A stretch of DNA of 64,000 nt, taken from assembly GCF_032191835.1 (NCBI RefSeq), contig NC_083239.1:56792001-56856000 (forward strand), read 5' to 3'. Shown piece after piece: positions 25,501 through 36,350 of the stretch. Source of the DNA: Heteronotia binoei (lineage: Eukaryota). Within the stretch, counting starts at the first letter, position 1. Each line of letters starts with the position of its first letter. The position numbers and the translations under genes were made by a program. Below the pieces are notes generated by a model. It was not told the DNA's origin. It did not search any database and worked only from the letters and a program-made list of their open reading frames with translations.

Positions 25501-25877
25501 TGACGAAGTGGGCGGAGCTGCTCAGTTCCTGCTCGTCCTCCGCCTTCCCTTCCGAGGGGAAGGGCGCTCAGCTTCAGCAGGGAATGAAGCGAAGTCCTCC
25601 GGGCCAGAGGCGCTGCTGGCGGTGCACGTGGCCCCGCCTGCAGGAGGCGCTTCCGGCCCCGCCAGGAGGGTTTCCGGCTGCAGGCAACTTCCTGTGGGCG
25701 GGGCTCCGCAGCCGCCCTCCCCTCTGACGGCAGGCAGGCAGGCCGGGCGGAGAGCGCCAGCCAATGCGGGGAGGCCCCGCCCCGTCGCCTAGCAACCGCG
25801 CCCCCGGCCGCCCTCCCCGGACGTGCCTTCCCATTGGCCGAGCGTCCTCCCCCCTTCTCTCTCCCGGAGCAGCAGCC
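25500..25877 (+). promoter_or_regulatory. YIF1B CpG-island promoter
   Basis: CpG-rich region with ETS-like CTTCCGG/ACTTCCTG, CCAAT at about 25760, reverse CCAAT at about 25832, GC boxes and a CTAGCAAC X-box half site. Confidence 0.6.
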
Positions 25878-28047
25878 ATGAGCGGCGGGGCCGGGCCGGG
25901 CCGGGCGCGCGAGTGGGGCGGGGCCTCCGGGGTGGGCGGGGCGTCCCCCTCCGCCAGCCCTGCCAGGGAGGCCGTTCCGACCCCTCCCCCGCCGCAGCTC
26001 CCCGCCGCCTTCGCCGCCGCCTACGGCCCCTCCCTGGCCGCCCACGGCAAGCAGCTCGTCCGCGGGAGCGTGAGTCAGGCCCGCCGGGGGGGAGGGGAGG
26101 GGGGGCGGGGCGGCCCTTGGCCACGCCCCCGCTGACCCCCCCTCTCCCCCCCCAGATCGACCGCTTCGTGCCCCTGAGCAAGCTGAAGTGCTACTTCGCC
26201 GTGGACACCCTCTACGTGGGCAGGAAGCTGGGCCTGCTGCTCTTCCCCTTCCTGCACCAGGTGGGGACGGAGGATGCGCCGCTGGCCTCAGGGGCTGCTC
26301 GTGTGGACCTCCTGGTGCCCCCCCTGGGGTCCCTGGGCTGCTCCTTCAGCTCTGTACCGGCAGGACTGGCAGGTCCACCCTCTACGTGGGCAGGAAGCTG
26401 GGCCTGCTGCTCTTCCCCTTCCTGCACCAGGTGGGGACGGAGGATGCGCCGCTGGCCTCAGGGGCTGCTCGTGTGGACCTCCTGGTGCCCCCCCTGGGGT
26501 CCCTGGGCTGCTCCTTCAGCTCTGTACCGCCAGGACTGGCAGGTCCACCCTCTACGTGGGCAGGAAGCTGGGCCTGCTGCTCTTCCCCTTCCTGCACCAG
26601 GTGGGGACGGAGGATGCGTGGCCTGGCCCCGCTGGTGGACCCCCCTGGGGTCCCTGGGCTGCTCCTTCAGCTCTGTACCGGCAGGACTGGCAGGTCCACC
26701 CTCTACGTGGGCAGGAAGCTGGGCCTGCTGCTCTTCCCCTTCCTGCACCAGGTGGGCTCTGCGGGGGCGGGGGGGGGACCTCCTGACCCAACATGGCCTC
26801 CCCCCCCCCAGCCCGCGATAGGAGGGGTCCCTGGGCTGCTCCTTCAGCTCTGTGCTCCCATCTCTATCAGCAGGACTGGCAGGTCCACTACCAGCAGGAC
26901 ACCCCCGTGGCTCCCCGCTTTGACGTCAATGCCCCGGACCTCTACATTCCAGGTACCCCCCCCCCCCCACCGCCAGGGCCTGCTTCTGCTGCTGGTCCAC
27001 CCCGTCTGCCCAGAGAGGCTTGCTCAGCGATGCTAATGCCCCGTGTTCCTCCTCCGCAGTGATGGCCTTCCTCACCTACATCCTGGTGGCAGGGCTGGCC
27101 CTGGGGACGCAGGACAGGTGAGGCCCTCCCGTCAGCCTCTCTGCTGGGATCCCTGGGAGAGGGGAAGGGCCCGGCCAGGCCTGCCCAGTGGCATTTCTGG
27201 GCTAGACCCCCTGCCCCACTGTCACTCCCGGAAACTGGGGCTTCCTGGGCCTCCCTGCTCATTGCCCCAAGATGAGGGAGCCTCCCTTCCCCCCCTCCCC
27301 TCCCCATCTCCCACCCCCTGCAGATTCTCCCCCGACCTGCTGGGCTTGCAAGCCAGCTCGGCCCTGGCCTGGCTCATTGTGGAAGTCCTGGCCATTCTCC
27401 TGAGCCTCTACCTCGTGACGGTCAACACGGATTTAACCACCATCGATTTGGTCGCCTTCTCAGGGTACAAATATGTGGGGTGAGTGGGGGGCAGAGCAGC
27501 CGTGGCATAGCCTGTTCTGGAGGGAGGGAGGGTGGGTCAGTCACGGCTGCCTCACTGCCCTTTGGAGCTGATGCGGGGTGGGGGGGGCATGGGACAGGCC
27601 AGAGGTGCTCCCTGATCATCCCCCCCCCCGCTTCCCCCATGCCAGGATGATTGTGGGCCTTGTGGCTGGCCTGCTTTTTGGGAAAATGGGCTACTTCTTG
27701 CTGCTGAGCTGGTGCTGCCTCTCCATCTTTGTCTTCACGGTAAGAACTGGTGTGGGGGTGGGAGACCTGGAAGGCACGACCGGGGCAGGGACCCGCCGCT
27801 CCTCCTTGGTGTTCCCTGCCCGTGCCCACCCACCTTTCACCGCCATCCTTGCCCAGGGCCTGTTCTCAGCCCCCGTTCCTTCCTGCCACAGATTCGGACT
27901 CTGCGCCTGAAGATCCTGTCGGAGGCAGTGGCAGAAGGGGTGTTGGTGCGGGGGGCCAAGAACCAGCTGCGCATGTACCTGACCATGGCTGTGGCCGGCC
28001 TGCAGCCGATTTTCATGTACTGGCTCACTTTCCACCTTGTTCGCTGA
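25878..28047 (+). CDS. YIF1B: Protein YIF1B (Yip1-interacting factor homolog B)
   Basis: Exons 25878-26069, 26156-26260, 26874-26952, 27060-27117, 27324-27479, 27646-27739 and 27892-28047. Peptides: [119 protein letters not shown]. The start codon is uncertain because AG acceptors at 25872 and 25875 could make the first exon internal. Confidence 0.95.
26205..26751 (+). repeat. Tandem array of about 170 bp (about 3.3 copies) fusing an exon end, an intron and the next exon start in YIF1B
   Basis: CTGCACCAG|GTGGG recurs ending at 26260, 26430, 26600 and 26751. Each copy is preceded by CAG|GACTGGCAGGTCCAC. Confidence 0.95.
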
Positions 28048-28398
28048 TGGTCCAGCTGAGGCTGGGCAGCTCCAGCTAGGAGGCAGGTGTCTCTGGACAT
28101 CGACAGGGCAGCCCCTCTCCAACTCGGCCCAAAGCACATGGGGGGGGGGCAGCAGCCTGCTGGGGGGCATGGTGAGTGGATGCCCTGCACTGTGACTGTC
28201 CGGCTCTCCCCCGTCACTCTGCGTGGACCCCTCAGTGGCCTGTGAGCCTGGCTGGAACATGTCTCCTGGCATCTGTTTACATTCTTGCTAGTTTGTGTGT
28301 CAGTATTACTGTGGCAGAGATCCTGCCCCACCCCTTCAGGGGCTCGCTTTTCTGTTTCAATGCTGCCAGGTGGGTGGCTTGTGTCCCAACATGGAGCA

Positions 28399-28404
28399 AA
28401 TAAA
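28399..28404 (+). terminator. YIF1B polyadenylation signal AATAAA
   Basis: First AATAAA after the stop codon, about 350 nt downstream. Confidence 0.7.
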
Positions 28405-28729
28405 GAGCAACCCCCTGCCCCAGGGGGGCTGGCACACCTCTCTGTTTCTTGAAGGGGGGAGGGCAGAGATCAGCTGGCAGGGGCAGCTTTTTTGGTTCCT
28501 CATGGAAAGGAGGCTCCAACACTCACCCTCACAGTAGCACCTGTCTCTGCTCTGAGGGGCTTCAGTGGGTGGGAGAAGGGGAGGGGGAGGTGGACAGATG
28601 CCTTCTCGGGTGCCTAGTTCTGGGCGGAGTGCACCCGCTTGCTGGGCTCCAAGGCGAGGTTTCTCAGCTCCTTCCTACATAAAGTTGCACAAAGGCAGGA
28701 GTATTCTCTAGGGCAGGGGAGGCCCAGCC

Positions 28730-29525
28730 TTTATTTACAGGGAATCAGCTGGCTGGAGTGAGGTCGTGAGCTGTGCCTTTCCTGGAGCCCTGCTCTGCTC
28801 TGGTGTGGTGGGGGGAGGGGGGCCAGGCAGGGGCTCTGCTTTTTCTCCTCTGCTGCCTTGGGGGCTGAGGGGGAGGGAGGGAGAGCAGAAGAGTGGGGCC
28901 TGGCTACTGCTGGGAAGGGGAAGAGGCTGCAGCGCTTCTCCCCAGCCGCCCTGCTGGGCAGCTTAACCAGGCAGAGGTGCTTTCTCCAGCTGCCTGTCCT
29001 GGCTTGGGCTGGACACAGAGCCCTCCTCGCCCTTGGGAGGCAAACCCCCTCCAGGCAGAGGTGCTACCAGGGGCTTGCCTGGCCGGCCTGCCTCCCTCCC
29101 CCCCCCCCCAGGCCTTCCTAGGCTCGACTGCTGCTGCTGTGGCTGGAGGAGGTGCTGGAAGTGGAGGAGGCTGGGGGGGGAGCGAGCCCCTACTTCCCCC
29201 TCCTCCCACCCCTGCACACGCACCACCATCTCGCCCCTCCGCTCCCCTTCCTGCGGCTGTCTGTGGGGAGGGCTGGCCTGGGGGCCCTCCTCCGCCTTGG
29301 GGGGCTCTGGCTTGATCTCTGCAGGCGAAGGGCAGAGGGGGGGCGGGGGGCGGCATCTCGGGCGCAGCAGAAGCTCCGAGGTCTCGGTGCAGGCGCGGCC
29401 GATGGGCTGGAGGGCGCAGCTGTGCCTCGCTCGCTTCCGGGTCCTCCGGCTCTTTGCAAACCCAGGCTCACCTGCCGAAGGGTTCAGTAGCCTGTCCTCA
29501 GTCTGCCCCCCACATCTTCTGCCAT
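28730..29525 (-). other. Candidate small multi-exon gene or pseudogene at the C19orf33 (IMUP) syntenic position
   Basis: Minus-strand splice signals: donor at 29472 (CAG|GTGAGC); exon-like segments 29318-29224, 29154-29068 and 28864-28731; AATAAA at 28735-28730; ATG at 29525 (MAEDVGG), out of frame by 1 nt at a G6 run. Confidence 0.35.
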
Positions 29526-30310
29526 CAAACAATTCCCAGCCAGAGAATTCAGACCAAGCTCCAGCTTCTGGGGAACCGGTCTGTTTGGGCAGGTGCCAGA
29601 AGGGAGGAGGGTGAGAAGCCCCCTTGGCTGCTCCCTCCACTCCCCACCCCTCCCTTGGCCACAGCTGCACAGGCTCTCCGAGGCAGGAGGGGCCATGGAG
29701 GCCATCTAGTCCAACCCCTGCTCAGTGCAGGATGAGCTTGGAGCATCTCTGACCCTCAGCATTTGTCCAGGCACTGGGAAGCGGGGTTAGAGAAGGCAGC
29801 AGTGGATATCAGCTGCCAGGATCACCTGCCTCTTCTCCACTGCCCCCCTGCCAGAACGCAGGCAGAGTCCCAGATGCTGTAGCACAGCAGGGCAGGAAAG
29901 GGGGGAGCTCACACCTGGCGGGAAGTTTGCCCCCCCCTGCTCATTCAGCACTGGGTGGAGCTCACCCCTTGGACAGCCCCAGCGAGGCAACCCTCAGCTC
30001 TTCAACATCTAGGGCAGCCACCCTGAGCAGTGTCCCCCAGCTCACACATTCTTGTCTTCACGCAGGAAGGAGGGTCCCAGAGCAGAAGTTTCGCTCCCAA
30101 GCCTCCACCGCATGGCTCCTGAGCAGGGCCACTCAGCCCGCCCTGCCAAAGGCCACGCCTCCCAGCTCACCTTTGGGGGGGCGCTTCCCACTCAGCCCCC
30201 ATCTCACTGGGACACATCTGGCAGAAAGCAGCTGCCTCCTCCAGCCCTGAAGCCCCCCCCCCCTCAGACAAGACTGTTCACTCCTACAAGAACACACTTC
30301 CTTTTGTTGG

Positions 30311-30316
30311 TTTATT
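30311..30316 (-). terminator. SPINT2 polyadenylation signal AATAAA
   Basis: TTTATT on the + strand, about 1.15 kb past the SPINT2 stop, at the end of an AU-rich UTR segment. Confidence 0.7.
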
Positions 30317-31459
30317 CAAAGACCTTCTGGTATTAAAAGGATCATCCCACAAATATTTCACACAATCAAGTTTCAATTTCTTAAAAAAGTATAAAAATCC
30401 TCCACATGCAGCACACGGAAGCGGCTCCAGCAGAGGCAGCTCTTCCTCTTCCACTCCTCACTCGGGGCGCCTCCCTGCCCCATGGCTGCCCCTTGGAGGC
30501 AAAGGGGCAGGCAGTGGCTCAAAGGCTGCACCCGGCAGGGCTTGGGCAGGGGGCTGTGCTGGAAGGGAACGCAAGGAGGGCAACGGAGAACCATCTTCTA
30601 CTCAAAGGCCTCCCCCCAGAGAGGAGAGGGCCAGGCTCTGTCCTCAGGAGCCCCCCCCCCCGTTTGCGCTCAGCGGCAGGCACAAGAAGAGCCCACCCTC
30701 TCCTGCCCCAGGCATCTGGTCCTGAGAGCCCCTGGCCCCCACCTCCTCCTAGGAAACACCTCAGCGGCTGGTTTTGCTCCAGAAGGAAGCCGGTGTCCGT
30801 CAGAAGCATGGCATTCAGTGGCGCTCAACCAGAAGTCAGTGCAGCCTGGTGCTCGTCGGCGCCTCTCCGGAGGTCCCATCACCAAGCCTGCTGGCCCTCT
30901 CTTGTAGGGAAGGGGGTGAGCCACAGAGAGGCCCTACAGCCCCCGCCTGAGAGCAGACCCCCTGGCCCCACAGAGGCTGAGAGGAAGGGCTAGCAGGGGG
31001 GAAACAGCAGCATCAGCAGAGCTCACTCCCACCTTCCACAGGCAGCCCCCCCCCCCCCCCGAAGCAGCTGGACCTGGCCGAGACTTCCCTCCTGGGGGGA
31101 GGCAGAGGAGGCTGGAGATGTGACCCCCACCCCGTTGAGCCTTTCCCTGCTTGCACCTCGGCCTCAGAAGAGGAGGGGCTTGCTGACACCTCCCAGGTGG
31201 GCCTCCTTGCAGATGGTGCCAACAGGACAGGTGGGGGGCACTTCTCTCCCCCTGCAGCCTCCCTCACATCCTGGTCATAGCCAGAAGGCAGCCCCCCTCC
31301 CCAGTGGGGGGAGGGGGAGAGCCCCGGGGCAGGAGGAGGGAGCTGTGCAGAAGAGCCGGAAGCCAAAGACCAGACGCAGAGGAGAGGTTGATGATCCATG
31401 TTCCCACAGAGCATGTGCTAGAGACAGCCCCCAGAGTGCGCCCCCCCGCCCCCACCCCT

Positions 31460-34400
31460 TCAGAGGGTGTAGCCGCTGCTCATCAGGAGCTCCTTGTCCT
31501 CCACAGTGGTGCTCCAGACGGTGCTGAGCGAGGGCTCCCGGCCGTGGCGGCAGATCTTCACCCCCACCAGCACCAGAGCGGCCAGCAGGAGAGCCAGGAG
31601 CACAGCCAGAATCACAGCTGCAGAGGGGGAGAAGGGGAGGCGTCAGGCGGGGGAGGAAGAGAATGCCCACCGCCCACGTCTCCCTCTCAGAGAAGCCAGG
31701 AGGGCCACCTCTTTCCACACACCCCCCCCCCGCTCAGCAGCAATGCAGACTGAGGCTGGCCCCGCCTCCTTGGCCAAAGGGGTCCATTCTCTCCTGAATG
31801 AGGCTTGGGTTCCCGACTGACCTCTGGTGGAATGCAGCGTTGCGTCGGGGAAAAGGGGGCCGTGTGTGTTGAGGTCCTCCTCTGGCTCCCTGGGCAGCTC
31901 TACAAGTGTGGGGAGATGAAGGCAGCCTGGTGAGGGGCAGGCCCTCCTCTCCAGAGCCCAGAAGCTGCAGGGCTCTGCTCTTTGCAAGGAGGGAAGCAAG
32001 AGCCCGGGACTGGGGGTGGGCGGAGGGACACGCCAAGATGGCTTCTTCCCTCCCTGTGCCGCCATGAAGCAAACCCAGGAGCCCCCTCAGCCCGGCTGGC
32101 AGAGATGCCACCCTCCCCCCCGCGGCCCGCCTGGCCTTCCTTACGGCCTCCTGCTGCACACTGGGCCAGGCAGTCCTCCTCCAGGAGGTAGTTGTTGCTG
32201 TTGCCCCCGCAGCCCCCGTAGATGAACATCTTGCAGCTCTGGGTCTCCGTGTCAAAGAACCAGCGGGGGAAGGAGGCCCGGCAGTGGCCCGTCACCCGCG
32301 GAGCGGCACAGAATTCTGCCGGGAGACAGAAGCAGCAGGCTGTTGCAGTGGCCCCCTCTTTGCCCCCCACCACGGGAGTGCAGGCCACCCCCAGAGAACA
32401 AAGCCTCACCTTGGAAGCGGATCGTGTCCTCCGCAGGGGGGCGACGGGGGCCGGAGGTGGGCACGGCTGGCAGAAGAGAGCACAGAGCAGGTCAGAGCAC
32501 AGGCTGCTCCCCTGCCCCTGAAGCGACCCCCCCTCGAGTCCCTGCAAAGCCTCCCTGCCCCCCACTGGGGAACAGCTGCCGTTGCCCCCCCCCAAAGACG
32601 GCAGGCAAAGCGGGGGGCCAGGAGCCTGAGCCCAGGCAGGCAAGGACCGTGCCTCCCTCTGCCCTTACCCTCCGTGGCAGGCCTCTCTGCCCCTCCTGGG
32701 TTGGTTAGCCGAGTGCCCGTCACGGCCTCTTCTCCACCTGAAAGCCAAGAGGAGCCCAAGTCAGGCTGAGCCGGGCAGAGGAGCCGCAGCCCGAGTCAGA
32801 CAGACGGACCGGGATCGTTCCTGTGCCCAGGGCCCACTCCCAAACTGGTGTTGGGTTTCCAAGCGCCAGAAGGGGAATTCAGGGCCATCGAGTCTGTTGA
32901 GCTGGACCCCAGCGAGTGACGAAGATGTGCCAGACGTCTCTTTTAAAAATACCTGCTAATACTAGATATACAGGAGTGGCCAACCTTGCTAAATGTAAGA
33001 GCCACATAGAATAAACGTCAGATGTTTGAGAGCTGCAGGACGGACGGACGGAAGGAAGGAAGGAAGGAAGGAAGGAAGGAAGGAAGGAAGGAAGGAAGGA
33101 AGGAAGGAAGGAAGGAAGGAAGATGGGTGAGGGAGAGAGAAAGAAAACAACTTTAACATTAAATGCAATCTCCAAGCAGCCAGCTGGCTTGGCTTGCAGA
33201 AGTGAGTTACAGAGAGCAATGCCTTCTCTAGGCCAGCTGACGGGGTAGTGGGGGCTTTGAGAGCCACGGCAGATGTGTGGAAAAGCCACATGTGGCTCCC
33301 AAGCTGCAGTTAGGCCGCCTGTTGTATTATAAAATTAACATACACAACCTATCAAAATAATCATACAGAAAACACAAAATGTCAGATAAAGAGAGTAATA
33401 TATGCTTAACAGTTAGCATTGCATTAAAACCCAGAAACATTTAACAGAATAGCACCAGAAATGTTAATTTTAAATTGGAATGTTTTAAGCTGATTGTTGA
33501 TTTTAAATTTATGTATAACCTATTGTATGGATTGATATGTTGTTAGCCACCCTGAGCCTGCTTCGGTGGGGAGGGCGGGATATAAATAAAATGTTACAAT
33601 GTTATATAAACCTAGCCAGATCAAAAGTAAATTGTATATAAGGAGTTTACAGGTATAATGTCTTATACAGCGGCACATTTCCGTTCATGTTTTTCAGGAG
33701 TTAACTTTCAAAAATGTGACAAAACTCTGCTTCAAATAAAGTTTTCCCACAATTGGCTTTCCCAAGATGCCAGATGTGGGGGGCGGGGCACTCTGGCTAT
33801 TGACAGCTGGGTCAAAATCAGTTCACTCTTTTAAATTTGAAAACAGACTCTGGTCAGTTATCTAAAAGTAAAACTTCTGGGTTAAACAGAAGATTAATTA
33901 GATAATAAATAGGATTGTTTCCAAAACTGGCTAATAAATGAGCGCAACCACCAACAATGTAGAAAGCCAGCTAACTGGCCACAATTCTTTTCATGTGCCA
34001 TTTGCCAGAGTTTTAGATCTTTATTTGGGATTTGAATATGGGGGGTCTGAAATAAAAACAAATATTTGGGTAGAATAAAAGATTCAATCATAATTAAACT
34101 GTCTGACCAAGTTTCCATTTGTCAAAAGAGATTGTATCTCTTTGTAGATTCTCAAAAAATTCTATTCATAAAATTTGGTGAAGTCCACTGGGAGTTGGAT
34201 TCCTAAATAATGCCAGGAATTTTCAGTCCAATTAAATGTGAATTTCTGTTTGAGAGTATCAATGGTTGTAGGTTTTAAATTAACAGGACACAACATTGAT
34301 CTTGGTGAGGGCCTAAAAGTTTGCTGAAAATATGCCAGACATCTTGGATTTGGAAGAAATCCAGCGAGAAGCCGAGGTCACATGAAAAGAGCCCGAGGCA

Positions 34401-35213
34401 ACCTCTTGCCCGGAGGAGAGGCGCCCCCATTCCGGCCTGTGCAGTGTGGGTCTGAAGGGTGCTGAGGCCAGGCCGGCGTGCTGTGGGGGGCTCAGCACCT
34501 TCGCGGAGGAGGGGGGGGGGATCGGCCCTCACCTGGGACACAGGTCCGGAAGCACTCTTTCTCCGACCAGAAGCTGTTGGAGTTGCCTCCGCAGCCCCCG
34601 AAGATGAACTCCTGGCACAGCTGGGCGGAGGCGTTGTACCACCACTTGGGGAAAGCAGCCCGGCAGCGGCCCACCACGCGGGGCAACAAGCACTCGTCTG
34701 CAAGCACACAGGCACAGCCGCGCCTCAGGGAGGGAGGCCAGCCCCCAGCCGTCGGAGCTCAGCCCCACGGGCCCCGCTGCTGGGGGGGGGGGGAGGGGCA
34801 GGCAGGCGAGAAGGGCACGCCCTCCCCTGCCGCCTGCTGCCAAGCCCGGCCCAGGTGGCTGCTGCGGAGAGAGACTTCCGCTTGGCAGCCCAAAGTGCCC
34901 GAGCAGGTCTGGCGGCCGCTGCGCAGCCCTCGCCTTCGGGGCCGCCGCCTCCCTCCAGCGCCTCTCCGGCAGGGGGGGGGGGAGGTGTGTGTGTGACGCA
35001 GTTCCAGGCGGCCGCCTCCCCCCCCCCCCCGCTGCGCCGCCCTGCCCGAGGAGGAACCCCAGAGCCCCCCGTGCCCCCCTCACCCTCACCTGGCGGCTCT
35101 CTGGCCGCGCCCGTCGCCGTCGCCACCCCCAGCAGCAGCAGCAGCTCCAGCGGCGCCAGTGGCCGCCCGCCTCGGCCTCGTCCCGCTCGCAGCGCCCCGT
35201 CGAGCCAGCCCAT
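31460..35213 (-). CDS. SPINT2: Kunitz-type protease inhibitor 2 (HAI-2)
   Basis: Exons 35213-35090, 34697-34533 (Kunitz 1: [31 protein letters not shown]), 32737-32669, 32466-32410, 32315-32145 (Kunitz 2: [31 protein letters not shown]), 31899-31822 and 31617-31460 (TM helix plus [20 protein letters not shown]). All junctions are GT-AG and phase-compatible, and synteny fits. Confidence 0.93.
32971..33321. mobile_element. hAT-like MITE containing a (GGAA)n microsatellite
   Basis: Imperfect TIRs CAGGAGTGGCCAACC and GTTAGGCCGCCTG, internal GAGCCAC/GTGGCTC motifs, and (GGAA) about 17 times at 33050-33121. Confidence 0.6.
33890..34345 (-). mobile_element. L1/Tx1-type LINE ORF2 fragment in a SPINT2 intron
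   Basis: AT-rich segment. Frameshifted minus-strand peptides [46 protein letters not shown] resemble the L1 post-RT region. Confidence 0.65.
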
Positions 35214-36350
35214 GGCTGCCTCCTTCTCCGACGCCTCCCGAGGCAACTGCGCGGCGCCCGCTCTCGCCGCCCCCCGCCGCCGCCGCCGCCCGCAGGTGAG
35301 CCCCGCCCCCACGCGTCACAAAGGAGGGGAGGGGAGGGGCGGGGCCGCGTGAGACTGGACGGGCCGGCCTGAGCTGCGCTCTCTTGCCGCCGAGGGGCGC
35401 AGGACGCCCGGAGGGATCCTCCCGCGCCAGCCCCCGCCCCCCCGGGGAAGAGCCGCCCAGGTCGGGGGGGGAGGGGAGGGGAGGTCCGAAGAGGGGGCTC
35501 CTGCCCAGCAGGCCACGTGGCCGCCGGACTCCGCGCCGTCGCCCCCCCCCCCCAGGAGGGGTCGCCTGGCCGGTGGAAACAGGACGCGCTCCTGGCCCCT
35601 GCCCCCCTCGCCGCGTCTTCCCAAGGGCAAGCAGGAGGTTCGTGTGGCCCCAAAGGGGCTCCCCGGCCCAGCGCCTGGAGGGGATGGCCGGGCCTTCAGT
35701 CCCGCGGAACCAGCCCGCCGTCGAGCCGAGCTGAGGGTCCGGCCAGGAGGCGGCGCTCGGGAGCAGCCTGCCCCGCCGGAAGGAGCCCCCCGCCCGCGGC
35801 GCCGCCCCCAGCCCGGCCCCGTCCCGCCCCCGCTATAAGTGGCCGCCGGGCGCCCCGTCGGGGCTGTGCAGGCATGGCAGCGAACCGCGTGGGGCGGCGG
35901 CTGGGCCGAGCATCGCCGGCGCGCTCGGGCGGGCTGTCTCCGGCGCTGAGCCGGGCGGAGCGGACCCCCAGCCCGGGCATCCAGCGGCGCCAGGCGCGGG
36001 TCACCGTCAAATATGACCGGCGGGAGCTGCAGCGCCGCCTGGACACGGAGAAGTGGATCGACGGCCGCCTGGAAGATCTCTACCGGGGCAGGGTGAGAAG
36101 GCTGGGGTGGGGGGTTCCTTTCTCCTCGCCCCCCTTCTCTGGACGCCCCCGACGGCGTCTCCTCTCTGCGGGCAGGAACCGCGAGTTGCAGGAGGCCGGG
36201 GGTGGGCGGGGAGGATAGAGAAGGCGCTCCAGAGGCGCTGCGGCCCCTGAGCCCTCTTGGGGGAGGCGTTAGGGGCTGCTGGAGTGTCACCCCCTCCCCT
36301 CTTCGGGCCCAACTCTTCTCTCTTGTAGGGTCTCCCCCCCCCTCCCGGTC
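34600..36350. promoter_or_regulatory. CpG island and divergent promoter shared by SPINT2 and PPP1R14A
   Basis: The two ATGs (35213 on -, 35874 on +) are 660 bp apart. GC boxes are present, with TATAAG at 35834-35839 upstream of PPP1R14A. Confidence 0.8.
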
